Below, one piece after another: positions 10,501 to 18,115 of a DNA stretch of 32,700 nt. The first letter of the stretch is position 1, and the number at the start of each line of letters is the position of its first letter. The stretch spans positions 1 to 32,700 of IMG/VR virus record IMGVR_UViG_3300025288_000064, one strand, 5' to 3'. The notes under the pieces are model-generated. The model had not been told where the DNA came from, searched no databases, and was given only the letters and a program-made list of their open reading frames with translations. The stretch comes from a virus (lineage: Duplodnaviria; Caudoviricetes). The position numbers and the translations under genes were made by a program.

Positions 10501-11151
10501 GGGTGATGCACGACCGATACCGGTTACTAGATCGTCAAACGCATCTTTCGTTTCAATCCCGAAGAGACGGGCTTTTTTACGGGCAATTTGCATCAAATTT
10601 GCCATTTTATCGGCATCTTTTGTTACCCCAAGAGCCATACCAAGACTTGCAGTTTTGATCAAAGTGAAATCATCAATTGTGCCACCAGATGCCGCCCTGA
10701 GCTTTGAAAGCATTTCTTCCGAACTGCTTCCCACACTACTGGCGTAGCCTGTGAAAGACTCTTTCGCTTCTTGGAACTTGGCCGCCTGTTTGTCTACTTC
10801 CCAACCAATATCAAGCCCACGTTTGGCCTTTGCCAGCAGGTCAAGAGTTTGGTTAATGGGGGTAGACAGTTCTTGCCAGGAATCCTTGAATCTTTGGATT
10901 CCCAAAGAAGATTCCTTTGCTGAATCTCCTATATCCTTAACCTTCCGACTTGCGTTACCAAGCTTTGCCCCAGTCTTATCAGTGTCTCGGCCAAGGCCTG
11001 CGACTCTATTGATTAGGTTATCAATCCCTTTGCCGGCCTGACCTGAAGCAGTCTGAAGTCCTTTGAGTTCCCGAATGAACCGCTTTAACTCCTCAACAGC
11101 AATAGAACCGTCGGCCTTTATGAGGATCTTCAGTTCTCTTGTGTTGCTCAT
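7516..11151 (-). CDS. Tail tape measure protein
   Basis: 1211 aa, largely helical; N-terminal ELKILIKADG; GIGRASPQILDNLGI motif; follows tail chaperones. Confidence 0.92.
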   Translation of the reverse strand: MSNTRELKILIKADGSIAVEELKRFIRELKGLQTASGQAGKGIDNLINRVAGLGRDTDKTGAKLGNASRKVKDIGDSAKESSLGIQRFKDSWQELSTPINQTLDLLAKAKRGLDIGWEVDKQAAKFQEAKESFTGYASSVGSSSEEMLSKLRAASGGTIDDFTLIKTASLGMALGVTKDADKMANLMQIARKKARLFGIETKDAFDDLVTGIGRASPQILDNLGIRIPAGFEQLTDGMSDADKVAKLFEMTLEAGNEELEAMGGLVDSRADKMRQLETSFTHLKLKVGELVGEGFQPYVEWLNESIKQTNKLIDASHNADSKLSQLKNTVELTVAAYASWKLATLAMEIAVVARNTEWAAKAQLALNGAMSANPYALAAIGLGVLGTHLYQLSRETEDWNKYTEDQIKSLEKLGHLKGPLELRISFLELKKTALGSLNEINTKIQEIDNQARESARIRKRLQDPLGVRPAIAGQNDPGSFEDLFHQQHSREAKILYTKKAELKSINAEIAKLKEQVSIAPGAEELHRYLSATTEEYKNWAISLFKPPVPPPPPPPSPGLSAKEAAKEAERLAKAAKSASVGVVEAIKAIYAANRNVEASAVKIKDVWLGVTGALEDAVNLINKWDVGQQFLDKLPFTEAASDAAELANSIGLIQKAMSKLLDKATPSSFKPAVELFQRGMMKYVEATQADPLQDLWDSYGGNVLSTVWQVGSTPDEKKTKNDLSKTIAEAVTTGFANADFSNFSATLGSILSDVLSRSVSAKFPVLNAGGGIDFGNLATNVGVSLVTSYLTRPGRFFGGREEHGKAVIEKATDLKGKLTAAYLESFKTELLPYIAGGSNYSLLKARGGIFGVKIGYHWNDSGDGVFSDKTRTYGLVDQGASSALEALTKAIENSETYNREMERSIEVLVAGGKDFEALQKETLTYQTAVQQVRYRADSADLNWSDGTSESVDLSEDIHNLIVTSENLTRQLGQANAESTSIINQRFTQYAPWLDTIPFSAFSNNIGFESSEQGKRQLDAGNLSQRDLFEAFTSLQTNNLNRRIPLYLLDMVKQTGTNKYELESLKYTDEDAYTTKYLSYLEKQEKAYEEVMKRSEKIFDDLSKTFEERSASLENFERAMDAYHQTQIEQLRIEKEQQDEKERMMAEQNQAQLESALSLVGELQQRQSIAILQGGDAAAAIREYIDEFASNPEVVALLQSALASAEAKARWG

Positions 11152-11412
11152 CGGGCGCTCCTTCGGGTGGCGTTTCTGCGTTCACTTACGCTCATTGTTT
11201 GTTTGCTTTTACCGCCGAACATCATCAGCAGCGACTTATCTACAATCGGGCACTCGGCCATGTCCTTCATTGCCAGTAGATAGGCCATAAAATCCATTTC
11301 TTCTACCTGATCGATACTGAAACCATACCCGCGACACACATTGAGCTTCAGCTCCCAGTGCAATTGTTCGCGGGGCTTACTGTCACGGATGCTCCGCTTT
11401 ACGGAGCTGTGT
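11148..11412 (-). CDS. Tail assembly chaperone, T segment reached by -1 frameshift
   Basis: -1 frame is open from just upstream of the G-gene stop to 11148; no good RBS; stop overlaps TMP start (ATGA). Confidence 0.7.
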
Positions 11413-11420
11413 GAGGGTCC
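11391..11420 (-). promoter_or_regulatory. Putative -1 frameshift signal: G GAC CCT, 6-nt spacer, hairpin GCTCCG-TAAAG-CGGAGC
   Basis: Lies in the only stretch where both frames are open; hairpin at typical stimulator distance. Confidence 0.6.
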
Positions 11421-11812
11421 AGGACTTTATCCAGGGAGGGATTAAACACTTTTTTATCGACCCAGGTATGGGCGACGATCTGGAGAAGATCAAGCTGCTC
11501 ATTGAAAAGTTCAAATACCGAATCCCTTGTGAACTGCTTCTCTGACTTCGGATTCATGGCGATCTCAACAACTCTTGTTGCGTGATCGATGCTCTTCTGG
11601 ATTCTTCCAAGGAGCAGAGCAACCAGCTCCTCATCATCATCTTTAGGCTTCAGATCGTCGTTTCCCCTTTTTTCGGCGATAAGAGAATCGTAGGCTTCCT
11701 TCTGCGCCAAGGTGAACTTGAGTTCAACCGGTCGCCCATCAACTTCAATGAAGAATTTGTTTCCGGCTTCCCTCCAGAAAAGCTTCTTGTTGGTTTTATC
11801 AGTGAGTTTCAT
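11399..11812 (-). CDS. Tail assembly chaperone (G-like)
   Basis: 137 aa between tube and TMP; RBS AAGGAG. Confidence 0.8.
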   Translation of the reverse strand: MKLTDKTNKKLFWREAGNKFFIEVDGRPVELKFTLAQKEAYDSLIAEKRGNDDLKPKDDDEELVALLLGRIQKSIDHATRVVEIAMNPKSEKQFTRDSVFELFNEQLDLLQIVAHTWVDKKVFNPSLDKVLDPHTAP

Positions 11813-11827
11813 AGTTGCTCCTTTTCA

Positions 11828-11863
11828 AAGTAAAGGCCCAAGGCCGCTTTTGACCCTGGGCCT
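11828..11863 (-). terminator. Probable intrinsic terminator/attenuator after tail tube gene
   Basis: AGGCCCAGGG...CCTTGGGCCT stem followed by TTACTTT on - strand. Confidence 0.6.
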
Positions 11864-11877
11864 GTTCATGCAATCAG

Positions 11878-13119
11878 TTAACAGACAAAGATTTCTATGT
11901 TATCGTTCCCGGCCGGACTCGGGCGACACTGACCAGTGATGCCATAGCGCAAAAGGTCTTCTTGGGAAGTCGGCCCCAGCGCGTCAAATACTGCGCGTCG
12001 CACTTGGACATGAACGATGTTTCCTGAAACACTTCCAACCTTGAAGCTGAGAGTAACTTCTGTTCTAGCTCTCAGCTTAGTCCAGAAGGCGAAATCGGCT
12101 TCAAGCTCTGCTTCCGGATCAATAGCAAACTGGTTGTCCCTGCGTGAAATCCGATAGCTGTGTAAGCCCTGGGATGCGTTCACACTGGTTTTCTCTACAA
12201 TATTGTTATTGCTTTCAATAGCGATGTTTTCAACTAGAAGCGAGTTATCTTCATCCACAAACAGATCAGCTTGCTCAACAATGGCTGGAACATCGTCAGA
12301 AAAGCTGTATGACGGAACCGCCACATCTGCCACTGAGTTGAAAACCGATTTGAACTTGAAAGCCAATCGGCCTATTTCTCCTGCCTTAGCGTTCAAAGAG
12401 ACATTTCCACGGGCACCGCCGCCCTTGAACAACAAACCGCCCAGGTAGTGGTAGAAAAAGGCTGATTTGAAGGTGCCGTCGTATGCTGTCGGCTTGTATC
12501 GAATCCCGACCGGGTAGCAATGCACAAACCAGACATCGCCTAAGGTAAGTGAACCTGAAGCGAAGGCGAATGTGATCGTTGCCCCTTCATCGCCAAGACT
12601 GATCGGCGTGGCAGTGGTAACGGTGTTTCCAGTGCTATTTTGAGTGGCATCTCCACGGCAAACAACAGACACTGCAGCTACCGCCGAAGCGCCGCCGGTA
12701 GTTACTGTTACCTTGTAAACTCGGGGCACAGTGCCCGAGAAAGTTCCAGCCGACCCAACGGTCAAGCCGGTCAAGCCTGTGTTGCCGAACCCGGCAATCG
12801 GTGCATCAACAGCTGCTGAACCAAGTATGGCCTTAGTAAAGCCGCATGCTTCAAGAATTGGCCCCCAAAAGGGCTCAGTGCCAACGACTCCACTGGCGAG
12901 CAGCTCACATTCAAAATCAAAATCAATTGTTTCACGGCCGATCAACTTCTTTGCTGCATCGATCCCCTGATTCACGATCAGACGTTGCAGTTCTGCAAAG
13001 TTGTAGCCGGGAAGAAACTCATTCGTTGGCACAGCGTTGGCCGTGGTCAGAGTCGGGTCAGTGTTTATCTCGCTTTCAGCTCCAGCCAAAAGCAACATGG
13101 CATTTGGTCTAACAGTCAT
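11878..13119 (-). CDS. Major tail tube protein (siphovirus type) with inserted beta-rich domain
   Basis: 413 aa; FECELLASGVVGTEPFWGPILEACGF and DPEAEL...FW motifs typical of tube proteins in siphovirus-type transposable phages. Confidence 0.85.
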   Translation of the reverse strand: MTVRPNAMLLLAGAESEINTDPTLTTANAVPTNEFLPGYNFAELQRLIVNQGIDAAKKLIGRETIDFDFECELLASGVVGTEPFWGPILEACGFTKAILGSAAVDAPIAGFGNTGLTGLTVGSAGTFSGTVPRVYKVTVTTGGASAVAAVSVVCRGDATQNSTGNTVTTATPISLGDEGATITFAFASGSLTLGDVWFVHCYPVGIRYKPTAYDGTFKSAFFYHYLGGLLFKGGGARGNVSLNAKAGEIGRLAFKFKSVFNSVADVAVPSYSFSDDVPAIVEQADLFVDEDNSLLVENIAIESNNNIVEKTSVNASQGLHSYRISRRDNQFAIDPEAELEADFAFWTKLRARTEVTLSFKVGSVSGNIVHVQVRRAVFDALGPTSQEDLLRYGITGQCRPSPAGNDNIEIFVC

Positions 13120-13122
13120 TTA

Positions 13123-13551
13123 TCAACCTCCCTGGGTCAAATCGTTGTAACGGTAGCGTATAGTCAATCCAAGTGTCCCAGATGCCCAAGGTTCGAAAAC
13201 CTGTGTATCGGGTTGTTTCTCGGTTATCTCTGCCGTTACCGCCATCCCGCTCAATTGACGGTTGGCAGCAATGGTTCTACAAACAAGAGCAGCCTGTTCG
13301 AACCAAACTTGGCAGGCGGTCTGGCCAGTAGCCGATGTGACGTGCAAACGAAGAGTCAGCCGCCAGAAAGATTCAATGATATTCTGTAATTTGGCATCCA
13401 GCGTTTCGGCACCAGGCTCAATTATCACAGCCGAAAACTCCGTGGTCGCAAGATCACGCCATCCGAGCTTTCTGGTAGTCACTAGGGCGAATCCAGCCGC
13501 CGTCAAAACTGTCGCTAAGTTGCTCAGAATTGTATTACTCTTGGCCGTCAT
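13123..13551 (-). CDS. Tail completion/terminator-like protein
   Basis: ATG at 13551 overlaps gp37 stop (ATGA); 142 aa ending LTIRYRY, immediately before tube gene. Confidence 0.65.
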   Translation of the reverse strand: MTAKSNTILSNLATVLTAAGFALVTTRKLGWRDLATTEFSAVIIEPGAETLDAKLQNIIESFWRLTLRLHVTSATGQTACQVWFEQAALVCRTIAANRQLSGMAVTAEITEKQPDTQVFEPWASGTLGLTIRYRYNDLTQGG

Positions 13552-13961
13552 GCCTGCCTCGCCGGTAAGTGCCAAGTCTGACCCCACGTCCAGATATTAG
13601 CGTCGAAGTCGAGAAATTCTTCAGCAGTCAGATACATCGCTCGCTTGTCGTAAAGTGGCCCAAAGCCGCTCAATGACGATCTAATAGCCTCAAGATAGGC
13701 AAATGCCCCGGTGTGGCCTCGCAAGTCTCTAATTTGAAGAGTGATTCCGAAATCAAGTAGACGCTCTTGAATCAAGGCATCACGATTTGTCGGCTCAGAG
13801 AAATGGCTGCCTCGATAGGCAACAAGAATCAGGCCCTTCGTAAAGGGCAACTTCTTAAAATCAGCCGGTTTATCTGGAAACGCCCGAATAGGCAAATCGG
13901 TGATATCCGACTCTAATTGCGCGACTATGGCCGCTTCGATTGTGCTAGTCAGAGTAGTCAC
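13548..13961 (-). CDS. Mu gp37-like tail terminator/neck protein
   Basis: FPDKPADF...ILVAYRGSHF...RDLRGHTGA...LSGF pattern of the Gp37 family. Confidence 0.85.
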   Translation of the reverse strand: MTTLTSTIEAAIVAQLESDITDLPIRAFPDKPADFKKLPFTKGLILVAYRGSHFSEPTNRDALIQERLLDFGITLQIRDLRGHTGAFAYLEAIRSSLSGFGPLYDKRAMYLTAEEFLDFDANIWTWGQTWHLPARQA

Positions 13962-14379
13962 TCAATAAATCCTTGCTGAAAATACGATCATCCGCAAAAT
14001 GCTCGGGAGCGTTCTCTTGAACGGGCGCTTCCCCTGAAGTTTGGTTGATACCAAGCACTGCACTGCCTCTTGAAACGTTTTTCAAGAAGGCGATGGCCTT
14101 GTCATAACGCCCGGTGATTTCAGGTGTCAGATTTACGCCGTAAAGTAGATACCTAACGATGTCACAGGTCAAACGAGTCAGAATGGTGGGCACCTCAGCC
14201 AGAGGCAACGCATACCTACTTGCCAGATATGCGTTGACCTCAGCTTCAGCGTCCACAATACTTTGCTCGATGATGTCGGAGTCATAATTTCCGGTTGGGG
14301 GAATAGCCCGGTCCGTCAGGCCTATAAGCTCATCCGCTCCGAATCGATCAATCATGTCCTGCACCACCGCGTAACTCAT
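13945..14379 (-). CDS. Mu gp36-like head-tail adaptor (DUF1320)
   Basis: MSYA...DAEAEVNAYLASRYALPL...CDIVRYLL motif. Confidence 0.92.
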   Translation of the reverse strand: MSYAVVQDMIDRFGADELIGLTDRAIPPTGNYDSDIIEQSIVDAEAEVNAYLASRYALPLAEVPTILTRLTCDIVRYLLYGVNLTPEITGRYDKAIAFLKNVSRGSAVLGINQTSGEAPVQENAPEHFADDRIFSKDLLSDYSD

Positions 14380-14555
14380 TTTTTACTCTCCACCTTTGTT
14401 TCCGGGGTTAGGGGCTTCTTTTCGATCGCTTTCACGGCCAGAAGCAACTTTGCCTGATCTTCTGGAAGATCGATTTCGGCACCTTCATTGAAGGTCTTTC
14501 CGTCATGCTTTACCCTGTTTAGGCAGACGTAGCTGCCCTTACTTGTTTTTGCCAT
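14376..14555 (-). CDS. Small post-capsid protein (59 aa; MAKTSKGSYVCLNRVKHDGKTFNEGAEIDL...)
   Basis: Translated by hand, below the ORF-track cut-off; VKHDGK.F..G..I.L motif is common after capsid genes; stop overlaps gp36 start (ATGA). Confidence 0.8.
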   Translation of the reverse strand: MAKTSKGSYVCLNRVKHDGKTFNEGAEIDLPEDQAKLLLAVKAIEKKPLTPETKVESKK

Positions 14556-14566
14556 GTCGGTTACCT

Positions 14567-15499
14567 TTACGCTACGGCGTTTTGCACGTAGTAGCCGAGC
14601 TGATCGGAGGTAATGATTTCCTTCACCGACTCGCCGACACGCACAAGCTGACCACCACGCAACCCGATGTTTTTATCGGGTGTGGACCCTGCAACACGAG
14701 TGCCGAATTGGGCTGTAAAACCGAAAGTCATACGATTGCCGCCGGTTCCGGCCAAGCTATCCCGATAGATCAACGCCAGGTGTTTTCCCCATACGCGACT
14801 TAAAGAAACATCCTCGCCCTTTTTGGAGCTGTTCAGATAAGCTTCACCGACCAGCACATCATCAAGCTCGAATAGTTCGGCAATCTGCCTGCGAGTGGCG
14901 ATACCGGAATCACCGCTATTGCCGTGAACGGCTTTCACGATCTTTGGATGTCGCGCCAGGGCCGAGAACACAGCGCGACCCATGACGGCGATATTACCGC
15001 GCATGATCATACTGTCGAGGCAATCCATGATGATCTCGATGGGATCAGAGGCTACAAAGTCCGAGAACTGATCGGCTCCCGAAAGGGCGACCTTGTTGCC
15101 CGTTGCGTAATTGTCGGCGTTGAAAACGGCTGAAGCGGCCCGATACTCGCGGTCAAGCAAAATCAAATCCATCAACCCTTCAGCAGAACGATTGAGGGGG
15201 TTGTAGCCTGCTGGCGCATTGGTGATATCAACCTGCGGGACAGGATCATCAAGACCGTAGTCCTCGCAAGAGCTGGTTGTTTCGGTTGCTGTGAAGCTGA
15301 CCGTGTTCGGCTTTGATTTGCGGCCAACCAACGTATTTGGAATTGTGAAGCCTTCCGCCAGAGTGTGCAGTAGATATTTGAACTCCATCTTGCCTACAGG
15401 CGTTCGAGGTAAAACCTCGTCGGCAATCAGGCGTTTGTTGCGATAAGCAATGACAACCGCCGTCATGACGGGATCAACGGGAAAAGGAAAGTTGCTCAT
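14567..15499 (-). CDS. Major capsid protein (lambda gpE-like family)
   Basis: 310 aa; FPVDPVMTAVVIAYRN...IADEVLP, LARHPKI, WGKH motifs; RBS AGGAGG. Confidence 0.92.
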   Translation of the reverse strand: MSNFPFPVDPVMTAVVIAYRNKRLIADEVLPRTPVGKMEFKYLLHTLAEGFTIPNTLVGRKSKPNTVSFTATETTSSCEDYGLDDPVPQVDITNAPAGYNPLNRSAEGLMDLILLDREYRAASAVFNADNYATGNKVALSGADQFSDFVASDPIEIIMDCLDSMIMRGNIAVMGRAVFSALARHPKIVKAVHGNSGDSGIATRRQIAELFELDDVLVGEAYLNSSKKGEDVSLSRVWGKHLALIYRDSLAGTGGNRMTFGFTAQFGTRVAGSTPDKNIGLRGGQLVRVGESVKEIITSDQLGYYVQNAVA

Positions 15500-15526
15500 A
15501 GATAGCCTCCTATTGATTATCTCCGC

Positions 15527-15883
15527 TTAAACAGCAGCGTGGGGGAATACGAGACAGCGCACGATTCTGCCCGCTGCTCCAGTTTCAAGGACGATACCGG
15601 CCGCTCTTTGGCCGGTGGTAGCAGTCACAGCTTTGGAATCAGCGTCGGCGGTAAATGCAACCCCAGTTGAGATGTCCCCAGCGCACATGACTTCAGCCTC
15701 GCCCATTAAGACAACATCCATGCGAGTGTTGATCGCTACGGTTCCTGGTTGACACACAACGCCGATTTGGTTTGCTGCGGCTGCACCGGCTTTCAAAGCC
15801 TGTGTATCAAGCGTTCCTGCCTTGGCAATCAAGTATTGCTCAGTCGCCTCTTCGGCGCTGTAGTTCTTAATTAGCGGATTCAT
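15527..15883 (-). CDS. Capsid cement/decoration protein (DUF2190-like)
   Basis: 118 aa, Ala/Gly-rich, between protease and capsid; DVVLMG...TADADSKAV...GIVLE. Confidence 0.82.
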   Translation of the reverse strand: MNPLIKNYSAEEATEQYLIAKAGTLDTQALKAGAAAANQIGVVCQPGTVAINTRMDVVLMGEAEVMCAGDISTGVAFTADADSKAVTATTGQRAAGIVLETGAAGRIVRCLVFPHAAV

Positions 15884-16319
15884 CTTTGCCTCCTGACACT
15901 CGTTCGACAGCCTCAGAAAATGAAATCTCTACGCCTTCGCCGGAGAGCTTTTCTTTCAGTCGCCCAGCCTTTTCGGCCACTTGGGTAGGTGTAAGACCTT
16001 CGCCACCGGCCTTACTGTCTGGAGCACGCTCGGCCAAATCAACCAGATTGGGCTGTTTCTCCAGATAGCTTTTGAGGAAGGCCAACGGCGTCAGCTTTTG
16101 AGATTCGGAAAACTCGATAGTGCCCTCGTTATCGATGGCCTCCATGAGGTTGACCAAATCGTCTTTGAACGTGGGAAGAACCTTCCCGGCCTGAATGAGA
16201 TTGCCGACAAACCCAGAGAGTTCCACACGGCGAATGCCGTGCTCACGGGCGGCTAATTCCTTTTCCTTCACTTCAAGGGTCTTTCGATCCTCGTCGAGTT
16301 GCTGTTGAGTCTTTTTCAA
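15867..16319 (-). CDS. Putative nested scaffolding protein from internal in-frame TTG start
   Basis: AGGAGG 5 nt upstream of in-frame TTG at 16319, right after the inter-domain linker; analogous to Mu gpZ. Confidence 0.55.
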   Translation of the reverse strand: MKKTQQQLDEDRKTLEVKEKELAAREHGIRRVELSGFVGNLIQAGKVLPTFKDDLVNLMEAIDNEGTIEFSESQKLTPLAFLKSYLEKQPNLVDLAERAPDSKAGGEGLTPTQVAEKAGRLKEKLSGEGVEISFSEAVERVSGGKDESAN

Positions 16320-16820
16320 ATCGTCCTCCTTGAAATGATCTTCGTTGCCTGATGCCTGATCAGGCTTTGATTGCGGAATAAAGTTTGATAGCTCGATACA
16401 GACAGTGCCTTCTTCGTTCCCCGAAAAAGCAACCGATTTCAAACCTGGAATTGCCGGAGCGGCTGCACCAAGAAAACCGATGTGTCTCAGGTAATAAGCG
16501 CCGGGCTTGGGATTTGACGGATGCTCAGGCGGGAACAAACTTGCCGAGACTTTACGAAACCGACCGTTGGCGACCATCTCGGTGAACTCTGGAGCCAGCT
16601 TTTCAGGATCAGCCTGCAAAGAGCTGTTCGCGCACTCAACCGACTTCACCCAGCCAAACGCAGGATCGTTATCCTTCGGGTGACCAACCACGATGGGGGA
16701 TGCAAAAACGGCCGGATCGTAAGCTTGCGCGATTGCGACTAGATCAGCCGTCTTGAAGGCATACTCGTTGCCGTGCATGTCCTTGAAAACGCCGGTTTTC
16801 AGAAAGTGAATGGGTTTCAT
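15867..16820 (-). CDS. Prohead protease/scaffold (Mu gpI/Z-like)
   Basis: PIVVGHP, FRKVSAS, LRHIGFLGAAAPAIPGL; coiled-coil C-terminal half. Confidence 0.9.
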   Translation of the reverse strand: MKPIHFLKTGVFKDMHGNEYAFKTADLVAIAQAYDPAVFASPIVVGHPKDNDPAFGWVKSVECANSSLQADPEKLAPEFTEMVANGRFRKVSASLFPPEHPSNPKPGAYYLRHIGFLGAAAPAIPGLKSVAFSGNEEGTVCIELSNFIPQSKPDQASGNEDHFKEDDLKKTQQQLDEDRKTLEVKEKELAAREHGIRRVELSGFVGNLIQAGKVLPTFKDDLVNLMEAIDNEGTIEFSESQKLTPLAFLKSYLEKQPNLVDLAERAPDSKAGGEGLTPTQVAEKAGRLKEKLSGEGVEISFSEAVERVSGGKDESAN

Positions 16821-16829
16821 GGCTGCTCC

Positions 16830-17252
16830 TTACTCGCACAAAAGTGTGCCGGTCGCGGCTGCGCTGTGCCCGATGAAATAGACTGTTGGCGTGGTAGTAG
16901 CAACCGTCATGAAGTCGGTCAGCGTGGCAGTGGCCACCAAATACGACACCCCGCTCGCAACCGAGGACGGGCCATAGTTTGCCCCGTTCGTATACACATA
17001 CACTCGAAAGCGCTTTGTGCCGGTAGCGAGAGTCGGGACCCGCACTGCCGTATGTTGCGGAATGGAAAACGTGAAAGTGGCAGGAGTCAGATAACCGGTT
17101 CCGGCATTCTGGATAACCGGAACGACGTAATCGCTGTTAGTGGTTCTTTGCGATCCACCTGGAATGAAATACCTGGCCTCGCCGCCGATCGCGGCGAGTG
17201 CCCCGCAAAGCATAACGGCAATAAACAAAACCAAAAATCGCTTAATTTTCAT
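16830..17252 (-). CDS. Signal-peptide-bearing, Thr-rich beta protein of unknown function; first gene of head operon
   Basis: MKIKRFLVLFIAVMLCGALAA N terminus; strong RBS AGGAGG. Confidence 0.75.
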   Translation of the reverse strand: MKIKRFLVLFIAVMLCGALAAIGGEARYFIPGGSQRTTNSDYVVPVIQNAGTGYLTPATFTFSIPQHTAVRVPTLATGTKRFRVYVYTNGANYGPSSVASGVSYLVATATLTDFMTVATTTPTVYFIGHSAAATGTLLCE

Positions 17253-17284
17253 TAACGCCTCCTGAAAGTTAGGTTGTTGATGCC

Positions 17285-17327
17285 AACATACGCATCAGCA
17301 GAGCGTTGAAATAGGTGAAACGTTTCA
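17285..17327 (-). promoter_or_regulatory. Late promoter for head/tail operon: palindrome TGAAACGTTTCA (17316-17327) and -10 TATGTT
   Basis: Same palindrome and same spacing to TAT as at 24531-24574; Mor/C-family activator encoded in window. Confidence 0.8.
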
Positions 17328-17481
17328 GTGGAAGTGGGAGTCTTTCTTCTACTGCAAAAATGCCGGTATTGCCCCCGTAAAAAATACCCCTACAATTGGC
17401 CGGAAACGGCCAAATTTCTAACGCTGGGGCAATTCAGGTAACTTTACACTCCTCAACGATAAAAATTCGTTAGAAGGCATC

Positions 17482-18021
17482 CTAGAGGTTTTTTGATTTC
17501 ATCCAGTTGCCGATGATGATGAGAATCGCTTCAGTATCTTTATCGTTGATACCAAGATATGGCCGGGCAGGAATGACCGAACCGGGGTGATGCACGCCCT
17601 TTGCGAAGAATATTTGCCCACCGGCACCTACCCATCTGAGCGCTTTGACTTTCTTTGGCTTGATCAGATGAGCCGAAGTTTTGCCGCCGAACTGATGGAT
17701 GGCAGCATACGGCTTGTTGACACCGATGCTGACTTGAGTTCGCCCAGCACGGTAGTTGAGGGTTCCGAGTAAGCCGCCTCTGCGCCCTTGTTCTTGCAAG
17801 ATTTTCGGGTTTTTCTTTCGTGCGGCCGTTCCGGGTTTTACAGGTTTCCAGGGGTTGCCGTCCGGGTCACGTTCTTCATCAAATCTTGTTTTAGTCTCGT
17901 TTTTAACATACTCACCGATATCTTTCATAATCGGCCGCAAGTCGCCCCCGAAGGCCTGCATAGCTGAGTTCAGCATTTGCCTGACCTGGCTATCGTCGAA
18001 TTGCATTTCAATCGTTGACAT
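17482..18021 (-). CDS. Virion morphogenesis protein (Mu gpG, tail S family)
   Basis: RFDEERDPDGNPWKP, YAAIHQFGG, IPARPYLG. Confidence 0.93.
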   Translation of the reverse strand: MSTIEMQFDDSQVRQMLNSAMQAFGGDLRPIMKDIGEYVKNETKTRFDEERDPDGNPWKPVKPGTAARKKNPKILQEQGRRGGLLGTLNYRAGRTQVSIGVNKPYAAIHQFGGKTSAHLIKPKKVKALRWVGAGGQIFFAKGVHHPGSVIPARPYLGINDKDTEAILIIIGNWMKSKNL

Positions 18022-18115
18022 TTATGACCTACCTGAGTATGTTTTTAGTAATGCGGTTGTGGGCCTGACCCCGTTACAAACGCAGAATGGGCACGTCAGC
18101 CAGGAGGCGTGCCTC

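Noticed and set aside
11449-11455. AAAAAAG as the tail-chaperone slippery site
   Set aside because: Wrong phase (GAT AAA AAA GTG), and the -1 frame hits TAA a few codons later
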